42,337 bases of DNA from Candidatus Woesebacteria bacterium (GTDB lineage Bacteria > Patescibacteriota > Microgenomatia > UBA1406 > HO2-37-13b), in NCBI GenBank assembly GCA_018062605.1, contig JAGORW010000001.1, positions 1-42,337 of the forward strand, read 5' to 3'. A program made the translations under genes and the position numbers. Positions 15,402 to 23,887 of this stretch are shown piece after piece (the stretch's first letter is position 1; the number at the start of each line of letters is the position of its first letter). The notes under the pieces are model-generated. The model was not told the DNA's origin, did not search any database, and was given only the letters and a program-made list of their open reading frames with translations.

Positions 15402-16617
15402 ATTTTAGAACAATGTCATGAAAATCAACTCCTCTTTCTGATAAGTTATTGTACATGAGATAGCTTGGTGCTCCTGGAGACAATAAACATATTGAACCTT
15501 TTGCGGTTAGTTCAAAAGCTTTTCCGACAGCTTCTTCCATTGACAAACAATCTTCAATGTGTGGGACATACCCATCAACATTTTCAATATCATTATATAT
15601 TTTTTTGTCAGTCTCTGGAAAGAGAAGAATATTTCTAACATTTTTATTGTGCAATTCCTGAGCCAACTCGGCAAACTCATATCCTCTATCTTGACCTCCC
15701 AAGATGATAGTATCAACCCTATCTAATGATTGAAGCGCCAAGATCGTTGCATTTGGATGAACCGATGCAGAATCGTCATAGAATGTTACATGTTGGAATG
15801 TGCCAACCTTTTCTATTCTATGTGGTAAGGGTTTAAACGTTCTAATTGCAGAAGAGAATTGATCATCGCTCACTCCTAAATGATGCGCAATAGCATACAC
15901 AGCTTTAAAGTTATCTGTGTGTGTTGTGTATGGTACTTCTGAAATAAGATGATCTATTGCGATGTGAGAAAAATCGGATCGATGACTTTTTGCTTGTGCA
16001 GTTAATGAGTCAGTCTCTGGTACAGAACCATTATAGAAAAGATAATCATCTTGAATTTGAAATGACGCTATATGAGACTTTGACTCAGCATAATTTTCAT
16101 ATGTGGGATGATTATGAAGCTCATGATATATATTTAGGAAACATGCAATATGAGGAGAGAATTTTATATCTTCAAGTTGGTAACTGGAGAGTTCTAAAAC
16201 AAAAATATCATCTTTCTCAATACCCATTTCAAAAGCATGAAGCATGGGATCTCCAATGTTTCCATACAGTCGGGACTGCTTACCTGCTTCAAGCAAAACA
16301 TGATGCAATAACCCAACTGTAGTGCTTTTACCCTTTGTGCCCGTCACTCCAATAATGGGATTCTTCACATTTCCAAAAAATAGATTCGTCCCCGTCGTAT
16401 ATGGAATTGTAAGTTTTTCTGGTCGAAGAAGAGGTGTTCGAATAGCCAAGTCATAATCCTTTTGCATTTCAAGATAATGAGGAGTGTCTTTTTGATCTGC
16501 AATGCCAATCTCTGCAGTTGGGTGAAATTTCTTAATAAAGCTCTCAGAAGCCTTACCTTCCAACCCATATCCTACGATGAGAATTCTTTTATATGTTTTT
16601 AGTTCATCGATTGTCAT
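15328..16617 (-). CDS. murD: UDP-MurNAc-L-alanine:glutamate ligase MurD
   Basis: N-terminal Rossmann segment ILIVGYGLEGKA, P-loop GVTGTKGKSTT, Mur ligase central and C-terminal domains. Confidence 0.9.
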   Translation of the reverse strand: MTIDELKTYKRILIVGYGLEGKASESFIKKFHPTAEIGIADQKDTPHYLEMQKDYDLAIRTPLLRPEKLTIPYTTGTNLFFGNVKNPIIGVTGTKGKSTTVGLLHHVLLEAGKQSRLYGNIGDPMLHAFEMGIEKDDIFVLELSSYQLEDIKFSPHIACFLNIYHELHNHPTYENYAESKSHIASFQIQDDYLFYNGSVPETDSLTAQAKSHRSDFSHIAIDHLISEVPYTTHTDNFKAVYAIAHHLGVSDDQFSSAIRTFKPLPHRIEKVGTFQHVTFYDDSASVHPNATILALQSLDRVDTIILGGQDRGYEFAELAQELHNKNVRNILLFPETDKKIYNDIENVDGYVPHIEDCLSMEEAVGKAFELTAKGSICLLSPGAPSYLMYNNLSERGVDFHDIVLKYGTTSQKENIQENLRKQGSGGSTS

Positions 16618-16623
16618 ATATTT

Positions 16624-17976
16624 TTACTGTGTATCACACATTTCTTTTAAGGCATCCTTGAATTGAGCTGGGATTCTCGAATCATCACCATACTCAAAAA
16701 CATTGTTTTTAAGCTTCTCAATATCTAATTCTGGCAGTACTTCATTTTCAAAATACTTCATAATTGGCTCATCTTTATACTCTCCTCCAGTATAAGCCAT
16801 ATACATTGCTACTGCGGTTTCCTCAGGCGTACCAACGCAATCAAGAGGTTTGATGCCAGTTTTACCAAGAAGTTCCATGTATCTCTCGAGACATTCAGGA
16901 TGTGCATAGAAGTCATCATCAAAAATTGTCAGGATGTCCTCTTTAGATAAGAAGGCTGTAAATAGGGCAAATACAAATTCCACTTTACCACGTGAATAGG
17001 TAATATCCCATCGACTCTGCTTCCCTTCTGTTTGTGTAAAATTATGATTACTGCTTGAGAATTTTGTGTAATACTTCTTAAATTGTGCAAATAGTTTTAC
17101 GATCTGAATTTCATGGAGGGGACGTAAAAGTGAAAAATAGTGCACATCCGTAGATATATATGTCTGAATGTAATCTTGCATCAACTTTTCAGCTTCAAAC
17201 GATTTGCTCCATTGATGATTAATAGTCATACCAAGATATTCAACACTTCCATAATTTGCACTCGCCTCATTTGAAACAACTACAAAGGCATAGGAATTGA
17301 TTAATGAATATAGCACTGCAACAAAGCTGTACATTGCTGTAATTGGAATGTGCCCCACGTAAGCATCCTTACTCTCCAAAAGGCTGAGCATCAGCGGATC
17401 CATTGTTCTTTTTATCATATGAATCTCTTTTCCAACCGCACCTGCAGATAATGCTTGAATAGGACTTGTGTGAAGAGAAAACAGATCAAAATGTATACCG
17501 GACTTACGCGTAATCTCTACAGAAAGGAGCGAATCCTTACCACCACCAAGAAGCACTAATGCCTTGTCAGATTGATATTGGGAAGAAAGGGGTTGTTTAT
17601 TGGGAGAATGAGCAGGAAAATGAATAAGATCCCGAAAGTCTAGTTTGTTTAGATAAAAAAACTCACCAAGGCCTTTCGTATACATAGTGTCCCAAAAGTC
17701 AGCTTGCTCGTGCGTTAGGTCATACGATAATGAAATGTGTGAAGCAACGTGCAATCTAAAGTAACTGATTCCTAAAAGAATATGAAGAGATTCAATTGCA
17801 GATTGAACATCTGCGCGTTCCATAATATCACGATTAAGAGGATGCGGGAACTGCAATGCTTCAGTAAACTCAAGTTTATCTCCCCCTTCTAGGATAGTTT
17901 GATACGAGAAATAAAGAGTATTTGTGTCATAGTCAATCTCGTACTTTGAAATAACAAACTCAATACCTTTTTTCAT
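16624..17976 (-). CDS. PP-loop (ATP pyrophosphatase-like) protein. Candidate MurL-type UDP-MurNAc-L-Ala-L-Glu epimerase.
   Basis: LVLLGGGKDS motif (aa 140-149; nt 17530-17559). 450 aa, packed with 3-6 nt gaps between mraY and murD. The functional call is inference from context and family knowledge. Confidence 0.45.
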   Translation of the reverse strand: MKKGIEFVISKYEIDYDTNTLYFSYQTILEGGDKLEFTEALQFPHPLNRDIMERADVQSAIESLHILLGISYFRLHVASHISLSYDLTHEQADFWDTMYTKGLGEFFYLNKLDFRDLIHFPAHSPNKQPLSSQYQSDKALVLLGGGKDSLLSVEITRKSGIHFDLFSLHTSPIQALSAGAVGKEIHMIKRTMDPLMLSLLESKDAYVGHIPITAMYSFVAVLYSLINSYAFVVVSNEASANYGSVEYLGMTINHQWSKSFEAEKLMQDYIQTYISTDVHYFSLLRPLHEIQIVKLFAQFKKYYTKFSSSNHNFTQTEGKQSRWDITYSRGKVEFVFALFTAFLSKEDILTIFDDDFYAHPECLERYMELLGKTGIKPLDCVGTPEETAVAMYMAYTGGEYKDEPIMKYFENEVLPELDIEKLKNNVFEYGDDSRIPAQFKDALKEMCDTQ

Positions 17977-17979
17977 GTG

Positions 17980-19017
17980 TTACTTCATGAAGGCAATCAT
18001 TAATCCAAGCATTGCAAAGAACAGAGCCGCAAGCCAAGCTCGCATGACTATTTTTGGTTCTTCCCAACCTCTGTACTGAAGCCACAAGTGGATCGGAGCT
18101 ACTGGGAAAAGTTTCTTTTTTCGGTACTTTTTGGAGAGAAGTTGCAAGAGTGATGAACTGATTTCAAGAACAAAAAATCCGCCGATAATTGCAAGAGCAA
18201 AAACCTTTCCTAAAAGCAGCCCTATTACAGCAAAAGTCGCACCGAATGAGAGTGCGCCAGTATCTCCCATAATAAGACGTGCCGGGTAGATATTAAAATA
18301 CAAGAAAGCTGCAAGACCTCCAGTCCAGGTACTAATGAGAATTAAAAGTGGGGTATCAAGAATAGAAAGTGAAATAACCCAGAATGCAAAAAGTGCAATA
18401 AGAAGAACACCTGTCGAAAGCCCATCAAGCCCGTCAGTGATATTCATTGCATTTGAGTAGGCCACAATAACAAATGTCGCAAATGGAATAAAGAACCAGG
18501 ACATGTTATACACGCCAAAGTATGGAACGTTGACAATGCTAATTTTCAGCTCGCTGAACATCCACCATGATATTATCCCTGCCAAAACAATTTCAAGTAT
18601 CAACTTATGGCGAAGACGAAGTCCAAAAAATGACTCATCATTCCAAATAAATATCTTTTTTAGATCATCATACAAACCTAAAAATGAAAAAGACAGAAAT
18701 GTGAAGAGAATGATTTTAAATTCTGAAACAATGTTGGGATAATTTGAAATGATATCTTGTTTAATAACGACATGGAAAACAGTGAACAGCGTGAACATGA
18801 GAAGAGTTGTCAGAATAATGAGAATTCCACCACCAACAGGGGTGCCCGCCTTGTGAGCATGAAACTTATCGAAGATAGGTGTCCTTTTATTGAAAGCATC
18901 ACGCGTTTCTTGTTGGGCACGTTGAAATTTCAATCTATAGAGAAGATTGATGAATGGCACAAAAAGTGCAAAATTTACAAAAAATGAAGCAAAAAATCCG
19001 AAAATATACAGTGACAT
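17980..19017 (-). CDS. mraY: Phospho-MurNAc-pentapeptide translocase MraY
   Basis: GLYDDLKK, NITDGLDGL and GDTGALSFG motifs. I placed the start at ATG 19017 (MSLYIFGFF..), 4 nt after the dgkA stop. The ORF-track start 19080 would overlap dgkA. Confidence 0.92.
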   Translation of the reverse strand: MSLYIFGFFASFFVNFALFVPFINLLYRLKFQRAQQETRDAFNKRTPIFDKFHAHKAGTPVGGGILIILTTLLMFTLFTVFHVVIKQDIISNYPNIVSEFKIILFTFLSFSFLGLYDDLKKIFIWNDESFFGLRLRHKLILEIVLAGIISWWMFSELKISIVNVPYFGVYNMSWFFIPFATFVIVAYSNAMNITDGLDGLSTGVLLIALFAFWVISLSILDTPLLILISTWTGGLAAFLYFNIYPARLIMGDTGALSFGATFAVIGLLLGKVFALAIIGGFFVLEISSSLLQLLSKKYRKKKLFPVAPIHLWLQYRGWEEPKIVMRAWLAALFFAMLGLMIAFMK

Positions 19018-19021
19018 ACTT

Positions 19022-19384
19022 TTAAAGTAACACTTTTGGCACAAAAATAATAGCTGCAACAATAGCAGCACCAATTGCATATGTCAACATCGCAGCAGCT
19101 GACGCATCTTTCGCAATCTTAATTTCCTCTCTCCATTCACGCGTAATTGCATCAGATGTAGCTTCAAGTGCTGTATTAATCGTTTCAATCACTAATCCAA
19201 CAGAGATTGTCAGAACAAGGAAAATCCACTCAAAAGGCTGAATATCGTAGTATAAGGCTGCTATAACAACAAGTGCAGACACAATAAAATGGACTCGATA
19301 ATTTGGCTGAGTTCTCCAAGACCATAAGACGCCATCAACAGCATGTTTTAAGGAAATTGTGTGTCTTTCAATAATTCTTTTCAT
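19022..19384 (-). CDS. dgkA: DgkA-family lipid kinase (diacylglycerol/undecaprenol kinase)
   Basis: 120 aa with 3 TM helices and an ETINTALE motif like the DgkA ELLNSAIE. Its start overlaps the yvcK stop as ATGA. Confidence 0.8.
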   Translation of the reverse strand: MKRIIERHTISLKHAVDGVLWSWRTQPNYRVHFIVSALVVIAALYYDIQPFEWIFLVLTISVGLVIETINTALEATSDAITREWREEIKIAKDASAAAMLTYAIGAAIVAAIIFVPKVLL

Positions 19385-20352
19385 ACAGTTCCAATAATGT
19401 CATGCAAGATATGCGCAATTTTTAATGGATCATGCCTCAAAATACTTCTTAACACTTCGTCAGATTCAGATTGATGTACAATTCCTGGTACTAACAAATC
19501 TTGTCGAACAACTGTGTACTGATTATCTAATGCATCATCTTTGACCGATTGAGCTCCATACTTCTTGTAGTATTGTACAACAGACTTCTGAATTGGTGCA
19601 TTATTTACCAATAGTATAGATACTTTTTTACCAAGATACTTCTCAATATCATTAATGTGATCCATTACGGTATATTTAGGTGTTTGCCCAGGTTTCGTCA
19701 TTAAATTTGAAATGTAAATTATCTTTGCTGACGACTTCTCTATAGCTTCCTTCATCCCATCCACTATAAGATTTGGGACAAGGCTTGTGTATACGTCTCC
19801 CGGTCCTACAATGATGTATTCGGCATTTTTAACTGCTTTCAATGCTTCTGGGTTGGCTTTAGCACGTGGCTTTAAATAGACCTTTTCAATTCTTTGAGTT
19901 TTATGAAATGCTGAATCAATTAAATCCTCAGTTTCAATGATCTCACCATCCTCATATTGTGCACATAAATGAACCTTATGATATGTTACAGGAATGACAT
20001 GACCCTTCGTTTGAAGAATGTAAGACGCCATGTCTATAACTTGGGAATAGTCTGGAGCAATTTTTTCCAGAACAGTAAGAAAGATATTTCCAAAATTATG
20101 GCCTTTAAAATCTCCATTCTCAAATCTATAGAGGAACAATTTGCGCCAGAGATCTGGAGCCTCAGAAAGGGCAACAAGACATTGTCTCATATCTCCTGGG
20201 GGCAATGCGCCATATTGGTCTCGAAGTTTACCTGTGCTTCCACCGCTGTCTACTGTGGACACAATGGCAGAAATATCATACGGAAACATCTTCAAACCAG
20301 ATAAAACAATAAATGTTCCTGTTCCTCCACCTATCACAACAACGCGTTTCAT
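19381..20352 (-). CDS. yvcK: YvcK/GlmR (CofD-like, UPF0052) family protein
   Basis: MKRVVVIGGGTG.., VDSGGSTGKLR and GPGDVYTS motifs. Confidence 0.85.
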   Translation of the reverse strand: MKRVVVIGGGTGTFIVLSGLKMFPYDISAIVSTVDSGGSTGKLRDQYGALPPGDMRQCLVALSEAPDLWRKLFLYRFENGDFKGHNFGNIFLTVLEKIAPDYSQVIDMASYILQTKGHVIPVTYHKVHLCAQYEDGEIIETEDLIDSAFHKTQRIEKVYLKPRAKANPEALKAVKNAEYIIVGPGDVYTSLVPNLIVDGMKEAIEKSSAKIIYISNLMTKPGQTPKYTVMDHINDIEKYLGKKVSILLVNNAPIQKSVVQYYKKYGAQSVKDDALDNQYTVVRQDLLVPGIVHQSESDEVLRSILRHDPLKIAHILHDIIGTV

Positions 20353-20359
20353 ACCTGAT

Positions 20360-20368
20360 ATTGTACCA
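20360..20368 (-). promoter_or_regulatory. Candidate extended -10 promoter (TGgTACAAT) for yvcK, leaderless geometry
   Basis: Minus strand reads TGGTACAAT-atcaggt-ATG(20352). The 8-mer array begins directly upstream. Confidence 0.5.
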
Positions 20369-20372
20369 TCTG

Positions 20373-20452
20373 GTGAACTTGTGAACTTGTGAACTTGTGA
20401 ACTTGTTAACTCGTAAACTGGTGAACTAGTGAACTTGTGAACTCGTAAACTA
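20373..20452. repeat. 10 x 8-nt perfect-register tandem array (GTGAACTT x4, GTTAACTC, GTAAACTG, GTGAACTA, GTGAACTT, GTGAACTC, GTAAACTA)
   Basis: Read directly: 80 nt with no spacers between units. Confidence 0.9.
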
Positions 20453-20476
20453 GAAGATTGATTGTTTTTTCCCTCC

Positions 20477-20508
20477 AGTTAACCAGTTCACAAGTTCACT
20501 AGTTACTA
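20477..20508. repeat. 4 inverted copies of the same 8-mer (AGTTAACC AGTTCACA AGTTCACT AGTTACTA). Right arm of a 28-bp inverted repeat.
   Basis: The reverse complement of 20477-20504 matches 20424-20451 at 26 of 28 positions, 20 of them contiguous. The loop is 25 nt. The array overlaps the stop codon of the 20506 gene. Confidence 0.85.
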
Positions 20509-21633
20509 ACTGATGAAGTAGCCCTGTACAAAGAATCCAAAAAGAAAAATATGGAGGATCAGTGATATTCCCAACAGAGTGTATCGTGCATTTTTAGAGG
20601 GAATCTGAGAAAAAACGTAATACAGTGACAATACCATCAATGCATACCGAGGCGTTGATGAGAATGTACCCGTTAATGAAGGTACAACAATGTGCGTCAA
20701 TGAATAAAGCGCAAGACTCATGTTAAAAATATCTTGTTTTCTATATGCAAGCCATCCATGGATTGCCACAGCAACCAAACTTACTGAAACAACAAGAAAC
20801 TCTAGTACGGCAATGAAATATTGAAAGTTTGGCTGAGCTGTTACAAAAATCTTTATGTATCTATAGTACACCTGAAAAATTGTTATGAGTTCTGTGGACC
20901 GTTGTGCTCCAAAAATTGGTTGAGAATTGAAGAAATATAAGGGATCACCTGTCGTCTTCCATAAAAAGGTCATATAGAGTGATAGGCCAATACAAGGGCT
21001 GATTGCCAAAACGTATGTCCAGATTGATTTCTTGTCCATATGCAAATACGCATATGCTAGGAATGGAATCACGAGAAAAACGCCTTGGAGTCGTACAAAA
21101 GAGCTTAACCCCGCCAATATACAGGCTACTACAAACTTTTTACGTAGCAGATAAAATAGCGCACTCACTGTTAACAATAAAAACAAGCTCTCCGTATAGA
21201 CTGCCGAAAAGAAGAAGGAGGTCGGGATAAGAAATAGGAATGTTATTGCCAACACCGCACTTTTCTTACCATAGAGCTCCTTAAACAATCTATAGAAATA
21301 CCATCCTGCAGCTATAAATGCGGCGTTCGAGATGAGAATTCCTGCATGCAAATAATAGTGGCCAAACATTCCCCCAAAAAATTGCACTAACAAAATATAT
21401 CCTGGGAAATATGCTTGGTCATACTGATGATAGCCTTGCAAAGCGATGTGGATGTAGTGAGCACCATCAAAATTTGCCCATGAGTATACCCAAAATGGAA
21501 GTTTAAAATTTTGAATAACATCTTTATATGGAAAGTTTCCACTATAGGGGATAAGCAGATAGATCCAGGCAGCGATAATTGAATATATAAGAAAGCGAAT
21601 TCCAACAAAATATGCGAGTTTCTTCCAGGTCAT
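20506..21633 (-). CDS. GT-C fold membrane glycosyltransferase, PIG-V/mannosyltransferase-like
   Basis: Polytopic membrane protein with W.NFDGAHYIHIALQGY....AYFPGY, typical of bacterial PIG-V-like proteins. Its start overlaps the murA stop as ATGA. Confidence 0.6.
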   Translation of the reverse strand: MTWKKLAYFVGIRFLIYSIIAAWIYLLIPYSGNFPYKDVIQNFKLPFWVYSWANFDGAHYIHIALQGYHQYDQAYFPGYILLVQFFGGMFGHYYLHAGILISNAAFIAAGWYFYRLFKELYGKKSAVLAITFLFLIPTSFFFSAVYTESLFLLLTVSALFYLLRKKFVVACILAGLSSFVRLQGVFLVIPFLAYAYLHMDKKSIWTYVLAISPCIGLSLYMTFLWKTTGDPLYFFNSQPIFGAQRSTELITIFQVYYRYIKIFVTAQPNFQYFIAVLEFLVVSVSLVAVAIHGWLAYRKQDIFNMSLALYSLTHIVVPSLTGTFSSTPRYALMVLSLYYVFSQIPSKNARYTLLGISLILHIFLFGFFVQGYFIS

Positions 21634-22961
21634 ATTCTTCTAATATTGGCACCGAGTGCCGTTAATCGGTCTTCAATCTTTTCATACCCTCTGTCTATTT
21701 CTGAAGCTCCCATAATCACTGACTCACCTTCTGCAGCGCATGCACCAATCAATAGTGTTGCACCTGCACGCATGTCAGTTACCTGTAATACCCCTCCATG
21801 AAGTGCCGTCGGACCATGAATTAAAATTGCTTGCCGTTCATCATTAAATGTAGATACATCCTCAATGTCAAATTGATAGATGTTCTGCGGATCAACAACG
21901 CTAGGTTTGTAATATTCAATGTTCGCTCCTAATTTATTCAATTCTGTAACATAGCCAAATCGATTTTCAAATACTGTTTCATGAATTCGTGAATCTCCGA
22001 GTGCTTGTGTCATAAGGACTGCCCATGGAGCTTGCCAGTCAGTCATAAAGCCAGGATCGGTACTTGTCATCACATCAACGGCTTTGAGCTGACCTATAGA
22101 GTAAAAACGAATTGCTCCATCTCGGACTTCATATCCTCCACCAATTTTGTCTAAATATTCTAGGAAGACTGTGAGATTTTTTTGATCAGCACCTTGGACT
22201 GTTATATCACCCTCTGTTGCTAGGGCAAACATTGCAAACGTCACCGCGTTATTTCTATCAGATTTTATGGAAAATTCATCAACTCCATGCAGATCTTTAA
22301 CTCCATCAACATGAATATCTTCTCCATCTCTCTTAATAGTAGCGCCAGAGATATTGAGAAGTTCAATAAGTTCATCTATTTCTGGTTCTAATGAAGAGTT
22401 TCTAATAACTGAGTGTCCTTCTGTAGAGGCCGCAATCATTAATGCTAATTCTGTACCTGTGTGAGTTTTCTTTGGAAAAGTAAAGTCAGCAGGAACTAAT
22501 TCAGTCTCTACCTGAGCAGAATAATATCCAGTTTCAGAATCATACTCTGTTTTTACCCCAAAGGCATTCATAAGCTGTACCATTCTATCGATTGGTCGCG
22601 CACCAATGCGACATCCACCGGGGTTAGGAATCCTGGCTTTTCCATATTTTTTTAGGAATGGAGCAAATAGCAAAAATGAAGCACGAATTTTTGATCCAAA
22701 CAGTAAACTTACCTCATGGGAGTGAATGCTCTCAGGATCAATTTTTACTACGCTATCTTGAAAATCCACTTGGACTCCAATTTCCTTAAAGAGTTCAAAT
22801 AATTCTCGAATATCTTTAATATTTGGAATGTTGCGTAACGTAATTGGTTTATCAAATAATAATGCCGCCACCACTACTTTAAGAGCAACATTCTTAGCCC
22901 CTTCTAAAGCAACAGTTCCTATCAGAGGCTTTCCACCTTTAACAATAAATGCATTTTCCAT
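21630..22961 (-). CDS. murA: UDP-GlcNAc 1-carboxyvinyltransferase MurA
   Basis: GAKNVALKVV, and active-site Cys in NPGGCRIGARPID (E. coli PGGCAIGARPVD). Confidence 0.95.
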   Translation of the reverse strand: MENAFIVKGGKPLIGTVALEGAKNVALKVVVAALLFDKPITLRNIPNIKDIRELFELFKEIGVQVDFQDSVVKIDPESIHSHEVSLLFGSKIRASFLLFAPFLKKYGKARIPNPGGCRIGARPIDRMVQLMNAFGVKTEYDSETGYYSAQVETELVPADFTFPKKTHTGTELALMIAASTEGHSVIRNSSLEPEIDELIELLNISGATIKRDGEDIHVDGVKDLHGVDEFSIKSDRNNAVTFAMFALATEGDITVQGADQKNLTVFLEYLDKIGGGYEVRDGAIRFYSIGQLKAVDVMTSTDPGFMTDWQAPWAVLMTQALGDSRIHETVFENRFGYVTELNKLGANIEYYKPSVVDPQNIYQFDIEDVSTFNDERQAILIHGPTALHGGVLQVTDMRAGATLLIGACAAEGESVIMGASEIDRGYEKIEDRLTALGANIRRI

Positions 22962-22975
22962 ATTTTTTACGTTAT

Positions 22976-23887
22976 TTATAATCGAACAATTTCTTCGTGA
23001 AGTTCAATATTATGTGTTTTTTTAACAGTGCTTTTTATATGCTCAATCAATTGAGCAACATCATCTGGAGTTGCACCACCAGTATTAATAATAAAATTTG
23101 CATGCAAATCTGAAACCTGAGCACCTCCAATTGAAAAACCTTTCAGCCCTGCTTCATCAATAATTTTACCAGCTGAAACACCGTCTACGTTTTGAAAGAA
23201 ACATCCAGAGGTTGCAACACCATATGGTTGTGTCCGCTTTCGATGAGCACGTGCGTCTTGCGCGTGCTGCATCAATTCTTCAGCAGGCTGCTTTTCCAGT
23301 TTAAAATCTGCCCAGACAATACATTCATGCGTCTCTTTAATAATACTATGGTCATACCTAAAGTTGAAATAATCATGATCTACTTTTTTTGTTGTACCAT
23401 CTTTTTCAACTAAGAGAGCTTGAATAACCGGATCTCCCACATACTTGTCTGGCTTATGTTTATACCATCCTGAATTCATAGCAATACCCCCTCCAACGCT
23501 TCCCGGCAATCCAGATTGATATTCAAGTCCAGCATATCCTGCTTCAGCTGTTTCATTGGCAAGTCGTGACATATTAAAGCCAGACCCAACACGAAGCACC
23601 ACATACGTATCGGTTTCTTCAATAAGGTTTTTATAGCTATTGAGATTCTTAACAACGAGTCCTTTAATACCCTTCTCTCCAACAACAACATTAGAAATAC
23701 CTCCCAATGTAATATAGGGAATGTTCAGATCATGAGCTGCTTTGACAGCATTAATTAGGTCATCATCGGACTCTGCCTCAAAATAGAATTCAGCAGGGCC
23801 ACCTAATTTAAAGGTTGATCGAGGACCCAAATCAACATTCTCTCTCACCCTCCCAACTCCCACATATTTTTCTAATTCTTTAAGCAT
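22976..23887 (-). CDS. murB: UDP-N-acetylenolpyruvoylglucosamine reductase MurB
   Basis: FAD-binding PCMH-type N-terminus (FKLGGPAEFY, LGGISNVV) and MurB C-terminal domain. 303 aa. Confidence 0.9.
   Translation of the reverse strand: MLKELEKYVGVGRVRENVDLGPRSTFKLGGPAEFYFEAESDDDLINAVKAAHDLNIPYITLGGISNVVVGEKGIKGLVVKNLNSYKNLIEETDTYVVLRVGSGFNMSRLANETAEAGYAGLEYQSGLPGSVGGGIAMNSGWYKHKPDKYVGDPVIQALLVEKDGTTKKVDHDYFNFRYDHSIIKETHECIVWADFKLEKQPAEELMQHAQDARAHRKRTQPYGVATSGCFFQNVDGVSAGKIIDEAGLKGFSIGGAQVSDLHANFIINTGGATPDDVAQLIEHIKSTVKKTHNIELHEEIVRL

Noticed and set aside
19018-19080. 21-aa N-terminal extension of MraY overlapping dgkA
   Set aside because: The extension is hydrophobic low-complexity sequence (MQLVLLLLQLLFLCQ..) and overlaps the dgkA 3' end. 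ATG 19017, 4 nt after the dgkA stop codon, gives a normal MraY N-terminus.
20353-20478. N-terminal extension of yvcK through the octamer array (42 codons open in frame)
   Set aside because: There is no ATG, GTG or TTG in that frame. MKRVVVIGGGTG is the normal family N-terminus, and an extended -10 box sits 7 nt before ATG 20352. The openness is a by-product of the stop-free repeat unit.
20373-20508. Possible CRISPR array
   Set aside because: The units are only 8 nt long and directly abut one another with no unique spacers. No cas genes are present in the window.
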